Source of the DNA: a virus
Lineage: Duplodnaviria > Caudoviricetes
Virus record (IMG/VR): IMGVR_UViG_3300010885_051426
Coordinates: 1,613-65,612 of that record
Strand: one strand, 5' to 3'
DNA length: 64,000 bases
How positions within the stretch are numbered: the first letter of the stretch is position 1; each line of letters begins with the position of its first letter. This document shows, one piece after another, positions 39,601 through 48,438 of the stretch. Position numbers and translations under genes: made by a program. The notes under the pieces are model-generated. The model was given only the letters and a program-made list of their open reading frames with translations. It was not told the DNA's origin and ran no database searches.

Positions 39601-40692
39601 GGTAATTACTACGCTTTCATCACTGGTGCTAACGTCAAAATTTGATGGTTCTGTACTGGCTGAACTACCAGACTGTATACAGGTAAAATATTTGCCACCG
39701 GTGCTTTTTACATAGTCACCGACTTTAAAGGCCCCCTGGGACCAATTACCACGATTGTTGGTACGATTTTCTCTGATATCAAAAATAAAGTTATCAACAA
39801 CGTAGTTTCCACTTTCGTCAAAGGTTCTGCGTGCTAAAGTTTCTTCAAGTATATTATACTGACTGGCATTGATAATGCTCTGTAGTACACCTTCTTCAAC
39901 TCGTAATAATTCAAAAAATTGTTCTGGATCTTCATCCAGGCCGCACTGAAAAAATACTACATCAATTTTAAATCTATGTGCTCCGGGTGCAGCATAGTTT
40001 GGACTGCCAGCAGCATTGTCTAATAAACTACTATCTTCATCTGAGGTAACCACGGATTCAGTATATTTAATACCAACTCGAACATTAATATCAGTAAGAG
40101 TATCAGCATATTTTTTAACACTGATAACCTGGCTGCTAACTGAAACAAAATGATCTGCCAGATAATAAACACCATTCTGTATGCCAGCTGCAACGCTTCG
40201 ACCAGATATGTCAGAACCTGCAGCCACAGTTAATGTTTTGGTGTTGTCTTCTACAACATACAGGGTTGAGCTGGCAGCAAAAGTAGATCCTGTATTTGTG
40301 CCGTCTTCATTACCGGCTGTGTATAACAGTACCAATGTAATAGGATCAGTTGTTGTAGCTGCTATGGCATTGACAATTAATGCTGTGATACCAGTACCAT
40401 CAGAAAACTGACTGATGGTTTTATCTTGCAAATAACTTAAACTTTCGGTTCCTAAACTAGTACCACTAATTTTAAGATATTTTAATTTGTCATTATAGTT
40501 AACCTGTCCAGGTATAACCATGCTGCCTTCACGGAAAATGTGATCACCTAATTTTGTAATCTGATTTTGAAGTATGCCCTGTAGTTGATTTACTTCTCTG
40601 GTCTGTACAGCTACGCCAGGACGAAATAAAACTTTGTAGAACTTTTTTTGTTCATCAAAATCGTCAAAGTACGGTGTTTGGTTAAAATTCAT
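33685..40692 (-). CDS. VrlC-like giant virion/baseplate protein (2335 aa)
   Basis: PYFDDFD..KKFYKVLFRPG.AVQ.RE..QLQ, APGAHR, LARRTFDESGNYVV, KTGFFVDNF, DPVAQSF, GSFFKSQDG..W, FQIKIVM. Confidence 0.8.
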   Translation of the reverse strand: MNFNQTPYFDDFDEQKKFYKVLFRPGVAVQTREVNQLQGILQNQITKLGDHIFREGSMVIPGQVNYNDKLKYLKISGTSLGTESLSYLQDKTISQFSDGTGITALIVNAIAATTTDPITLVLLYTAGNEDGTNTGSTFAASSTLYVVEDNTKTLTVAAGSDISGRSVAAGIQNGVYYLADHFVSVSSQVISVKKYADTLTDINVRVGIKYTESVVTSDEDSSLLDNAAGSPNYAAPGAHRFKIDVVFFQCGLDEDPEQFFELLRVEEGVLQSIINASQYNILEETLARRTFDESGNYVVDNFIFDIRENRTNNRGNWSQGAFKVGDYVKSTGGKYFTCIQSGSSASTEPSNFDVSTSDESVVITDGSTKWRYIGNPRNNGGYILNGSSSNLTATFGLGKAYVGGYEIQKSINSNVTISKARDIRSQNNANIQTPQGNYIYVDKRYSWGTPNLSQGSKVLLFDRTVGYRTAETQKFGHGQQVGVARINWAEPDARGSIRLGLSDIVMEPNRSFDQDANCVLVADSTTSTATTSYSLSGLVRYAGNSTSAFLTLSGTIGTSSQGSTYMGVTGTLTAFTNEFRVGDTITLGVAGHSATSSWTVVGISSNTVMYLSGKPLAGAASTAVLVRVPAQTVIGLGTGNTTLFTSELRIGDRLYLGNATIGATGTVLGFNGDRRVLVSSALSTITASTAIGIYYTGPVASFVGDVFDSYQYGINARKLTGSFSAQFAIGAGVHRGLIIQGTNDARMLTELRTNDLINLNNNRIFITKVSSNSVAYGVCLDVDVTNTGLGGSTIYPGFRLNNNLVDTKSSQLIYPVKNATQNIVDNVYTIYKTQSVSGVSGSSSISVNLAAANPSLNAAVESLATTDVNAFYVAQDTAASLSPPITVNNVTLSGTTVILSINSTFSSNSARVNFPVQRSADSANSLGHVRSKTLTFSASDEYLSSSAAIKATLNFTRSDVYRIVKIYMASSFVASWSAATQANATDVSARYYLDNGQRDIYYDVGRAILQPGFPTPTGSIKVFYDYFDHGSGDFFARSSYDELVVPYETIPVYNNYNLGDVLDFRSKINVASGNLDSLAPPRFGTNYTADISFYLGRKEKIYLDRNSEFYNVSGVSEEAPEFPKVAQNNNSINLYDIELKPYTKTSEYPDVLIKNYDNKRYTMRDIGRINRRVQQLEEVSALNLLETATKSLQIRDNLDSTLERYKTGFFVDNFADANNGENGGDARYSIDFQNQTMNPNVDYYSFPLVEKLNYTVANTTATELDPVRLGRFTDNYKISGDLLTVYYTTSNVLKQVLATTSIAVAPFLTATFLGKLRVIPDQDIYQNVIENKIVTQTVGTSAEQAVAAYRATRDWRPYQLDVSETVTLQSQNSTTELIPFCRAQSILLIAEGMKPRGKFFTFFDDTPIDNYITGAVKFTFDSLPVLEFTQNRVNGTLKDELPRYRSSYETVDVRGTVRVNVGNQWVDENGWIRRSLNPRDNDLNIPSAANRDAFRTALSSGSSVWYYERTGGVNRIVGTGVAVYQDGNTLYIVNGRGKLSDKFLRSVTNYDYSAGTFYLSVDQKEPKFVRAVYTAAQVCTSDANGNLYSDAKGVVVGLLDLPDTDTLKFITGKKPVVMTDDPENHPDNWTSKADALYTVEGFTVTVTTNYLSTKTFTARPYDPVAQSFKLPSQFENGAFITDVDVFFAQKPVFEQAPVQLEIRTCDSTGRPSGTEIVPGSDVLKYPEQVNVDATRAQTPTKFTFKTPVYLMPEKNYAVVLKTDSKNYKIWIATLGQNDVNTPTSSYTTQATLGSFFKSQDGTLWTEDQFSDMKFNINRAVFSTNPAQVHVVNKDIDTEQLPINPLTFIHGSNKVRVTQPNHGFSSGDTTKLFSKYWAGQYALNNDARIANIPVGELFGKYISSTLTEFQSLDIDLKLTASRVTMDTFEVTVSSVANLGATAVTGVTALISGGEDVIGHANVLYHIVKPSARIMSFQPTNMGITGKILRSFTYDGADPITPYTHLTKSLEFNTNNILDTSCVILTATNEYDRVNPLSITSGGVNNNWSDSFIGVINLSTTTDHVSPVIDLSTLYLDLMTHRIDNPAVTRRLPVPLPAIGSTSNIILMTTVANSSTTIAFDGNQQAITTTDIRGFEAVVPGRYLNIRGSTESTNTFTSSPVLVTRVSEDAQTVYVSAVLTSAVSGPGITIYQYDDYTEETTTINASGESKYIIRKINLENPATALRIIAESCIPSAADFDVYYKTGSVSTDFNKLVWEKFVAPRQTTIGATSSYVSIVKSDVRGRYTDIEFNISDLDSTENPVDLTPFTAFQIKIVMRSSNGARIPQFKTLRVVAHA

Positions 40693-40706
40693 GGTTTACC
40701 CTTGAT

Positions 40707-42164
40707 TTAGAAATTTATAACTATGTTTATTTTTTCATTCTGGCCAGCACTACGTGTTACTGGACTACGATAGTCCAAATACAGAATCTGACCTGTGTAT
40801 GGTTGTATTTCTGGTACTACGCCAGTTATACCAGTACTGCTGTTGATTAGTTTGCTATAACCATTTTGAGCTGTTATGGTGTCACTGGTATTAAAGTCAT
40901 AGAGTTTAAAACTGGTAACTGTATTGATGCGTGTTAGATCTATGCTTTCTGGAGCATCAGAATTAATTGGAACAATGTATTCCAGACGCGTTGTACCAGA
41001 ACTTTGGAATACAAATATCCCAGATGCCAGACTGTTACTGCCTGTTATAACTTCATCTGGACCTGGTTGTGTTGAACCATCAGTCATGTTTAAAGTTCGA
41101 AGAATTCTACCAGAACTGCTGGTAAACAATGTACCTGTATTACTGCTGACTCGCCAACCTATGCTGGTTGAATATGCACGGGGATTTTTAACCAGTGCAA
41201 TGGTTCTGAAGTCCTGATTAACAGGAAAATCGCCCTGTTCATAACCACTAACGGTGGTAGAAATCATGAGATTGTGAGCATGTGTTTCATACATAAGATC
41301 ACTGCCATGACCGCCCATGGGGGCCAGGATGGCTATGGCATTGGCTGTTGTTGGTGTGCCACCACCGGTTAATGTAATCTTTGCCCAGGTATAACCAGAT
41401 CCAGCGTTGGTTACGTTAATGGCTGTAATTTTACCTGTGCTGGTGTTGGCAACCGCAGTTGCAGCTGCACCAGTTCCATCACCATAGATTACAACGCCTG
41501 GTGTACCTGTATATCCAGAACCTGCGCCTTCGACTGTAATTACATCTATGCCATTGATGCTGCTGATACTGCTGGAATTTATGTTTACAGGTATGTAGTT
41601 GGCCGTGACAAAATCTGCATCAGCTGCTGTGATAGTATACAAATATTTCCAGATATAACCATCAGCTGTCTGTTGAGGAGCAGTGCCTGTGGTTGATGGC
41701 TGTACAGTACTTACTGTTCCTGTGGTGGCCAAGGCACTGCGATTGTTGTACAAACACTTGTACACACAACCAGTGCTGGTTACATACACAATAAAATTGC
41801 TGTTGCTTAGATCAAAATTACTATTTTCAGTTGGACTACCTGCACTAACATTGTGTCGATACATGTCATATCGATTACCAGAACTCCAATTATATCGGTC
41901 AATACAAAGTTTAACATTGCTTGGATTAATTTTAACTGCAGCCATGGCATCTCGCCATAATGAAGTTTCATTAAGTACATTGTCTGCAGGATTAGGTACG
42001 TTTATGTCTGAAACTGTACCTGATGCCTGAATACTAAACCTGGTGCTCAGAGCATTGGCCCAGCTCTGTGGGCGAGCCAGTATCAAATAGATGTTATCAG
42101 TGCTAAATGTGCTGGCAAACCCGCTGGTTGCGCTGACTCTAAATTTATGTGTTAAAATGGCCAT
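40707..42164 (-). CDS. gp8: baseplate wedge gp8
   Basis: RYNWSSG.RYDMY, VYKCLYN, DGYIWKYLYTI, GGHGSD, DFRTIAL, GQILYLDYR. Confidence 0.88.
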   Translation of the reverse strand: MAILTHKFRVSATSGFASTFSTDNIYLILARPQSWANALSTRFSIQASGTVSDINVPNPADNVLNETSLWRDAMAAVKINPSNVKLCIDRYNWSSGNRYDMYRHNVSAGSPTENSNFDLSNSNFIVYVTSTGCVYKCLYNNRSALATTGTVSTVQPSTTGTAPQQTADGYIWKYLYTITAADADFVTANYIPVNINSSSISSINGIDVITVEGAGSGYTGTPGVVIYGDGTGAAATAVANTSTGKITAINVTNAGSGYTWAKITLTGGGTPTTANAIAILAPMGGHGSDLMYETHAHNLMISTTVSGYEQGDFPVNQDFRTIALVKNPRAYSTSIGWRVSSNTGTLFTSSSGRILRTLNMTDGSTQPGPDEVITGSNSLASGIFVFQSSGTTRLEYIVPINSDAPESIDLTRINTVTSFKLYDFNTSDTITAQNGYSKLINSSTGITGVVPEIQPYTGQILYLDYRSPVTRSAGQNEKINIVINF

Positions 42165-42189
42165 GCTTGTTGTTCCTTAATTAATCTTA

Positions 42190-42197
42190 TATTTATA
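42190..42197 (-). promoter_or_regulatory. late promoter (gp8)
   Basis: TATAAATA overlapping the upstream stop codon. Confidence 0.7.
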
Positions 42198-45100
42198 TGG
42201 TTCCGATGGTGGTTATGTCAAGATAATCATCATCGGCTAAGTATAGGTTTGTCCCACTACTAACACTAACACATATGTTTACAACACCAGTTGAATCCTG
42301 GTATCTAAATGCGTCGAATCTAATGTTGTTTATGGCATAGGTATTTTCTGTACTAGATCCCGTAGATGATCTAAGAATTCTAACCGTAATACTGGTTTCG
42401 GGACCTGGTCCATATACTGTTAAACTTGTGGTCTGAAACTGAGCTGCAGCTGGCAATACTCTAAAGAATGGAACACCGCTGATCTGTAAATAACTACTAA
42501 CACTGGCACCAGTGCTGGTTACCCTCACAGCTGTTAAACCAGAGCTAGTATATAAAACTGGCATATTTACTGTGATGCTGGTATTTGAATTAATATTTAC
42601 AATGGTATAACTGGTATTGTCTGCTGTGGCAGCATTGAGTTTTATCACACTACCCGTGGTTAATTGTGATGTAAATGTTGTTAATGTACCCACAATGCTT
42701 GTCGATGCTGATGTAGTATTAACAGTTCCTGACAATGTCAGCACACTGCTGATATAACTAAACGGTAATTGAGGTGATATATCAATTTCAGTATCATTGA
42801 CAATGTTAATTACAGTATAGGCTGTGGTTGTGGACGATCCAATACTGATTAAACTATCTCGAGTAAGACCAGTAAATACAGTACCTGCGCCTAGTAATCG
42901 GCTGATACTGCTTCCAAATGTATTATCTGGACCCCAGGTTCGACCAACTATGGCCACGCTGCTTCGTAATGCCTGTGTGGTTGTTGGCGTAACAGATATT
43001 TCATTGTTGTTGATTATGGAAGTTATGGTATAGGCTGTTGTATTAGAACTATTTTGAAAATATAATCGATCACCAATGGCAAAATTAGTAGCAAAGTTTG
43101 TGCCAATACCATATACAGTATTATTAAATACACTGGTGATAATCTGCCCAGTTAAACTGGTAGTACCATAGGTCCAAACATTGCTGCTACCACCCAACCA
43201 AATATTAGCTGCTGTAAAATAACTAAGTCCATTGTTGTTACTGAATTGCAATGCAAGATTTTGTCCAGCACCTGGTACATTGCCACCATTGCTGACATCA
43301 CCAACCAGGAAATCAATGCTAAGATCTAACTGACCACATTCTACAAAACTAGTAGTTAAAACAAAAGGTGTTATTGTGCCAATACTAGAACAATTTAATA
43401 TAAATGCATTGGTGGCAAAAGTAAATGCTGTAGCAGGAGTACTAGTACCACTAAAATTATTAGTGCTGACACTAACAGGCACTGCGCTCCAGCTAGCCAC
43501 GAGACCAGTACTGGTAATGTTATAACTATCAAAAGTTTCTGACATGCTGGTGGTGTATTGTTTTTCCTGATCAATTTCAATGCGCATGGCAAATCTATCA
43601 TAGCTAGAACCGCGCTGACCATTATAGGGTTTAAATCTAAATATACCCTGACTACCAGGCACATAGGTTGTTGAGCTAACTGGAGCTCCACTGGCTCGAG
43701 CATGATAAACTATGCTGCTGGTATAACTACTGACTGGTCTGGGCGCCACCAGCATGCTGGTATTGCTGTATAGATCAAATATGGTATAAATGGTATCATA
43801 GTTGTTCAGACAAATTCTGTCGCCTACTCTAAAAGTAGATACAAACGTTGTGCCTGTTCCTACCAAAATGCCAGTACTGCTGCTGGCTGTTACATAACCC
43901 GGTGTTGGTACTGTAAACTGTATGCTGTTTGAACTGTGAAAATAAATTGATTGACTAAGTCCAAGTGAATTGTTTAGGGCTATGTCCTTGTAATTTCGCT
44001 GAGTTTCATTATCAAAATAGGGAACAAATGAAGCCGTGGAGCTCACGGTTATGTTGATGATGTTATCTTCTTCGCCTGCAAGATTACCTCGACTATTTTT
44101 ACCATAGGTTATGAGCATGATCATGCTGCCAACGCTGGTGTTTGTAATGTTGGCTTCGGGAATTTTGTAGGTTAACAATCCACTGGTTATATTCACCAGC
44201 ACAGTTTGACCAGAGGTAACGCTGTTGGAGTTTACGTATCTGGTTACAGTCAGTCCGGAGTTAGTATCATATGGCCAGGCTATGAGTTGTTCGGTTAAAT
44301 CTATGGTTTGTCCAAACTTGTCCCAGCTGGGACCTTCAAATCTGGTTCGTTCGCGTAGATTATTGCCAGTAAAAGTATCAGTCAATGTTTGTAGTGCAAA
44401 TGTTATGTGTTCACCTGGATAGTCATAGAGTGTACTATAGCTAATATTACCTATGCCAGCATAGGTCTGCGTTGAAAATCCAGTGGTTGTAGCCACCTGT
44501 GTGGTACTAGTACCAGTTTGTAGATCCGCAGTGCGGTCAAAGGTAAATGTTGGCGCAACCAGAAAGTCCAGGCTTGTGGGGAATGAAACAGTTGTATCAA
44601 TAACAACGCTGGTTCCAAAGTCAACATTGATGTTGTTTGGATTGGTACGAGCAGAAAATTCATTAAACATGGCTGTACCAGTTGGGTGCAGCTGTTTTAG
44701 TATGTGATCAGCCCAGCGTTCGCGATCCAAACCACTTTTGATGACATAGCTAAAGTCCTGATAGTATGTACTGTCCTGCAACACCTGATTGTAGCTAAGC
44801 TGACTGTTGCTGTTTCTGTATATGCCGTTCTGGGTAGTCATGGTACTCATGGAACTTACGGTGACTAAACTGGTGGTGGATTCGGCAAAGTTATACACGA
44901 TGCCTCGTATACTTTCACCACTGGTAAATGTACCACGAACTGCACCAGTCTGAAACACCAGATCATATACACTGATGCCATTTTGACCTACTACTTTGAT
45001 GACATCATTGACCACGGCATGGGCTGTACTGGTCAGACCCGTAACCCAGCTATGTTTTAGATCTTCAGGGTTACCAGTTGTACTGCGTACACGCAGACTG

Positions 45101-45510
45101 CGTTCAACATACCAAAGACCATCGCTGGTTTTGAACATAACTTCACGCGGATAGTTTATCTGTATGTCATCATTGAAAAATGCTTTAAAAAAGAATCTAA
45201 AACTTTTTTCGTTGCCTTTGTTTTTAAAACATTCTTTAAAATACTTTACCAGTATGCTTCGATCCACAGCACTAGAACTGGGTAAATTAGGCACATAGGT
45301 ATTTAAAAATTGTATGGCTAGATTATCAGCAGTGGTATCTATGTCTCGATTGAGCTGTATGTTTTGTATGCTGTGCTGTACGCCAGTACTGCTGTTGTCC
45401 AGGTATTCAAAATACTTGGTCATGAAGATCACATACAGTGGATAATAATCACTGACGTAATCTGGGATCTGCTGATCCAGTATGTGGGTTAATTTACGAT
45501 TTTGTTCCAT
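42193..45510 (-). CDS. gp7: baseplate wedge initiator gp7-like
   Basis: QIPDYV...FMTKYFEYL, KGNEKSFRFFF, LQDSTYYQDFSYVIKS, LHPTG; between gp6 and gp8. Confidence 0.75.
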   Translation of the reverse strand: MEQNRKLTHILDQQIPDYVSDYYPLYVIFMTKYFEYLDNSSTGVQHSIQNIQLNRDIDTTADNLAIQFLNTYVPNLPSSSAVDRSILVKYFKECFKNKGNEKSFRFFFKAFFNDDIQINYPREVMFKTSDGLWYVERSLRVRSTTGNPEDLKHSWVTGLTSTAHAVVNDVIKVVGQNGISVYDLVFQTGAVRGTFTSGESIRGIVYNFAESTTSLVTVSSMSTMTTQNGIYRNSNSQLSYNQVLQDSTYYQDFSYVIKSGLDRERWADHILKQLHPTGTAMFNEFSARTNPNNINVDFGTSVVIDTTVSFPTSLDFLVAPTFTFDRTADLQTGTSTTQVATTTGFSTQTYAGIGNISYSTLYDYPGEHITFALQTLTDTFTGNNLRERTRFEGPSWDKFGQTIDLTEQLIAWPYDTNSGLTVTRYVNSNSVTSGQTVLVNITSGLLTYKIPEANITNTSVGSMIMLITYGKNSRGNLAGEEDNIINITVSSTASFVPYFDNETQRNYKDIALNNSLGLSQSIYFHSSNSIQFTVPTPGYVTASSSTGILVGTGTTFVSTFRVGDRICLNNYDTIYTIFDLYSNTSMLVAPRPVSSYTSSIVYHARASGAPVSSTTYVPGSQGIFRFKPYNGQRGSSYDRFAMRIEIDQEKQYTTSMSETFDSYNITSTGLVASWSAVPVSVSTNNFSGTSTPATAFTFATNAFILNCSSIGTITPFVLTTSFVECGQLDLSIDFLVGDVSNGGNVPGAGQNLALQFSNNNGLSYFTAANIWLGGSSNVWTYGTTSLTGQIITSVFNNTVYGIGTNFATNFAIGDRLYFQNSSNTTAYTITSIINNNEISVTPTTTQALRSSVAIVGRTWGPDNTFGSSISRLLGAGTVFTGLTRDSLISIGSSTTTAYTVINIVNDTEIDISPQLPFSYISSVLTLSGTVNTTSASTSIVGTLTTFTSQLTTGSVIKLNAATADNTSYTIVNINSNTSITVNMPVLYTSSGLTAVRVTSTGASVSSYLQISGVPFFRVLPAAAQFQTTSLTVYGPGPETSITVRILRSSTGSSTENTYAINNIRFDAFRYQDSTGVVNICVSVSSGTNLYLADDDYLDITTIGTI

Positions 45511-47372
45511 TAATTATTTACCGCTAACACGCTGATGTTGATGCCATTTTCAACGTTGCATATGGTTTCAGCCAGGGCATCGTCCAGAGTTATGAATTCA
45601 TTATAGCTGGGGAATACTGCACTGACACTGCCCTGTACGCCGGCATAGACATAAAGTTCATTCACAGTACCCAGGTATCCAGCAACGGTTAATACGCTGT
45701 TAGAATTGATTGTAATTGTCCCAGTAGCATAGTCTACTGTACCTAAATTATCATTCATGATTGCGCCGTTGTCCAGATTATAGGTTTTTAAAGTTCCTGT
45801 ACCTTCGTAATTTGGTGGTGATTCGTTTGGCACATCGCGAATCTGAGCCGGCACTATGCTGCCGCTGTTGTTAAAATAAAAATAACTGCTGCGAATTTCA
45901 GCTGGATGTAATTTAGTTGGAAACTGAATGGTCTGAGCACCAGTAAATCGAACATTGGGAATCAACCCAAATCTTCGAAGTAATTTAAATTCAATGTTAA
46001 CATTCAGTATAGCATTGTCTATGTCCATGATCTGTTCTTCAAGCTGACTGCGATAAAAGTTAGCATTAAATTGATTTAAATTGGTATTCATGAATGATAC
46101 AACAGTATCATTGACCAGTGTCTGAATCTGAGCCGCAGTCTTGGCAGTCTGCGCGCTGCTGTATCTAACATTAATATCAAAATTCAAATAGGTCAGTGTT
46201 GGATCAACAAATTCGTGTACGGCTGTTATAATACTACGAGGTTTTAATACCTGATTGACAATGTATTCTTTTTCAGCGGTTGTTAATACATAACCAGTTT
46301 TAGGTTTCACACTGATGAATGTCTTGCCATACTGCGGAGGATTGTTTTCTTCGCCACCCCAGATGTTTACGCTTTGTATTCCAGGCAAATAATTGCTGAT
46401 CAAAGTAGAATAATCTGTTTTAGTAACGGCTCGGCCCTGAGCCGTATAATTGTTGAGGCTGCGGAATCTGATGCTGTCTATGGTTTCTTTTTCTGATCCA
46501 CTGGCAGGTTTGCTTACTGTTGTTATGGTGCGATCATTGGCACCTTCGCCGGCTATGCTGTTTAAACTCCAACTCAGTGCAACGTTTGTACTGACATTGG
46601 CTGCATCACCGTCGCTGATCAGATAACGAACTTTTACAATGTCGCCCTGATTAAGTTTTTGCCCTAGTACATCGTCGCCAAAATAAATTTCATACAATCC
46701 GCGTGTATTTTCCTGCACATAATAAACTGTACTGTCTGAATCAACTGCGGTTATGTCTGTAACCGGAGTATACAGAGTATCAAACTGGCCAACACCATTG
46801 CGTTGAATTAAAACCTGCATGGTCTGGGTGTCGACATTGGCATTGTTGATTTCGTAACGATCGTTTGGACTGCTGTTTGCACCCACGGTAAAATACTGTT
46901 CAATAATACGACCCTGATAGACTAAAACATCCGTAAAGGTATAGGTGCTGTTGATTGGTGTTGCACTATAACTACTGATGTTGTAAAAGGTATAGGCTGT
47001 GCCATCTATGATGGTGGTAAACTGTGTATAGGGTTCCAGAGTCAGGAAGTTTGGTGTGCTGGGAACATTTGAAACTGCCAGTGTTAGATTGGCTGTTGCA
47101 CTGCGACGACTCTGTGGTGTATAGTTGATCTGCTTGGCCAGGCTTACCACACTGGATCTTTTTAAGGCTGTATCCAGGAACATTTCGTTGCTGACCATGT
47201 TGGCCAACACTGCGTTATAATGTGTATTATAGGCCAGGATATCCAGCAGCACACTTAGGTTACTGGCATCAAAATCATAGTCTGTAAACTGACTTTGATT
47301 TTTTAAATAGGTTTTTAAATTGTCTTTGATGGTATCAAAGTCAAGTTCGGTTACGCGGACGTTGTTGGCCAT
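45510..47372 (-). CDS. gp6: baseplate wedge gp6
   Basis: LDFDTIKDNLK, FTDYDF, LAYNTHYN, FGDDVLG, QGRAVTKTDY, WGGEENNPPQYG. Confidence 0.93.
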   Translation of the reverse strand: MANNVRVTELDFDTIKDNLKTYLKNQSQFTDYDFDASNLSVLLDILAYNTHYNAVLANMVSNEMFLDTALKRSSVVSLAKQINYTPQSRRSATANLTLAVSNVPSTPNFLTLEPYTQFTTIIDGTAYTFYNISSYSATPINSTYTFTDVLVYQGRIIEQYFTVGANSSPNDRYEINNANVDTQTMQVLIQRNGVGQFDTLYTPVTDITAVDSDSTVYYVQENTRGLYEIYFGDDVLGQKLNQGDIVKVRYLISDGDAANVSTNVALSWSLNSIAGEGANDRTITTVSKPASGSEKETIDSIRFRSLNNYTAQGRAVTKTDYSTLISNYLPGIQSVNIWGGEENNPPQYGKTFISVKPKTGYVLTTAEKEYIVNQVLKPRSIITAVHEFVDPTLTYLNFDINVRYSSAQTAKTAAQIQTLVNDTVVSFMNTNLNQFNANFYRSQLEEQIMDIDNAILNVNIEFKLLRRFGLIPNVRFTGAQTIQFPTKLHPAEIRSSYFYFNNSGSIVPAQIRDVPNESPPNYEGTGTLKTYNLDNGAIMNDNLGTVDYATGTITINSNSVLTVAGYLGTVNELYVYAGVQGSVSAVFPSYNEFITLDDALAETICNVENGINISVLAVNN

Positions 47373-47767
47373 TATCGTACTCTGGTAAAGGTTGTTGTAA
47401 ACTCAGATATATTCTGAGTATTTTTATTTTTATATACTATGCTAATATAGACTTCGTTGTTGTCTTTGTCACTGGGTGCTATTTCTACGCTCAGAACATC
47501 AACACGGGGTTCATACTTGGTTATGGTATTGTACAGCACTCGCTGAGCCACACTGAGAGTAAAATCGTCCAGCTGTTCAAACAATAAATTAGTCAATTGA
47601 CAACCAAAGTCTGGTTCAAATGGTTTGTCATAGTTTTTGCTCATGATCAGATTGCGCAATGCACCACGTATGGCGTTGTCGTCGCTTTTACTAGCTACGT
47701 CGCGAGTTCGGACATTATAGGTAAATGCCGCGTCTAGATCTATGAATTGTCGGGTTGCTCTGGCCAT
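47372..47767 (-). CDS. gp25: baseplate wedge gp25
   Basis: DLDAAF, AIRGALRNLI, KPFEPDFG..L..LLFE, YEPRV. Confidence 0.92.
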   Translation of the reverse strand: MARATRQFIDLDAAFTYNVRTRDVASKSDDNAIRGALRNLIMSKNYDKPFEPDFGCQLTNLLFEQLDDFTLSVAQRVLYNTITKYEPRVDVLSVEIAPSDKDNNEVYISIVYKNKNTQNISEFTTTFTRVR

Positions 47768-47772
47768 GTTAT

Positions 47773-47780
47773 TATTTATA
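47773..47780 (-). promoter_or_regulatory. late promoter (gp25)
   Basis: TATAAATA 5 nt before the ATG. Confidence 0.65.
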
Positions 47781-47785
47781 CCGTT

Positions 47786-48070
47786 TTATCCAAAAAATAC
47801 TCTGGGACTGCCTTCTGCACTAACACTACCACAACTAACAGCATCGCCTATGCGAACCGCAGGCAACCCATTTACAAACACTGTGGGACTTCCTGTGGCT
47901 GCTGCACCATCATGGCAATCGCCATCACAACAGTGTACAACCCAATGATCGCCCAGTCTATGCACACCTAACCCATTGACAAAAACATCTTCACTGGCAC
48001 TGTCATTGGGACGCGGTGGATAACAGCCATGTCCACTACAATAATCACCTAGTCTGGTCACAGCTGCCAT
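47786..48070 (-). CDS. PAAR spike-tip protein (gp5.4-like)
   Basis: RLGD.C.GH, VFVNG..VHRLGD, PAVRIGD..SCG. Confidence 0.93.
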   Translation of the reverse strand: MAAVTRLGDYCSGHGCYPPRPNDSASEDVFVNGLGVHRLGDHWVVHCCDGDCHDGAAATGSPTVFVNGLPAVRIGDAVSCGSVSAEGSPRVFFG

Positions 48071-48071
48071 G

Positions 48072-48437
48072 CTAGTCCTTGGGGTATCTGGTTTTTACAG
48101 CCAGACAATCTGCTATGTATTTGTTTATCTGTTCCTGATCATTTTTTACTATGCCGTCTAAGTATTCATATAAACTAGGATACGCAGCCGCTCTTAAATC
48201 AGCATAGGTAGGTACAACTGGTTCAGGTTCGGGTTCTGCGGCCGCAACAATGACATCTTTATACACCCATTGTTGATTTTCAAAGTATAGTTCCTTGCCT
48301 TCGATGTTTGCGGGTGGCGCATCCAGAGTAGCATGAGCAGGAATTAAAAAAATTCCAGGTTCTAACGGACTTTCGTCAGCCAGACTGGAACCTATGTATT
48401 TAAATGTGTCTTTGTCGTAATTATAAATTTGTGTCAT
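48072..48437 (-). CDS. tail fibre assembly-like protein
   Basis: IYNYD..T..Y, ESPLEPGIFLIPAHATLDAPP; C-terminal RAAAYP...VKTRYPK. Confidence 0.7.
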   Translation of the reverse strand: MTQIYNYDKDTFKYIGSSLADESPLEPGIFLIPAHATLDAPPANIEGKELYFENQQWVYKDVIVAAAEPEPEPVVPTYADLRAAAYPSLYEYLDGIVKNDQEQINKYIADCLAVKTRYPKD

Positions 48438-48438
48438 G

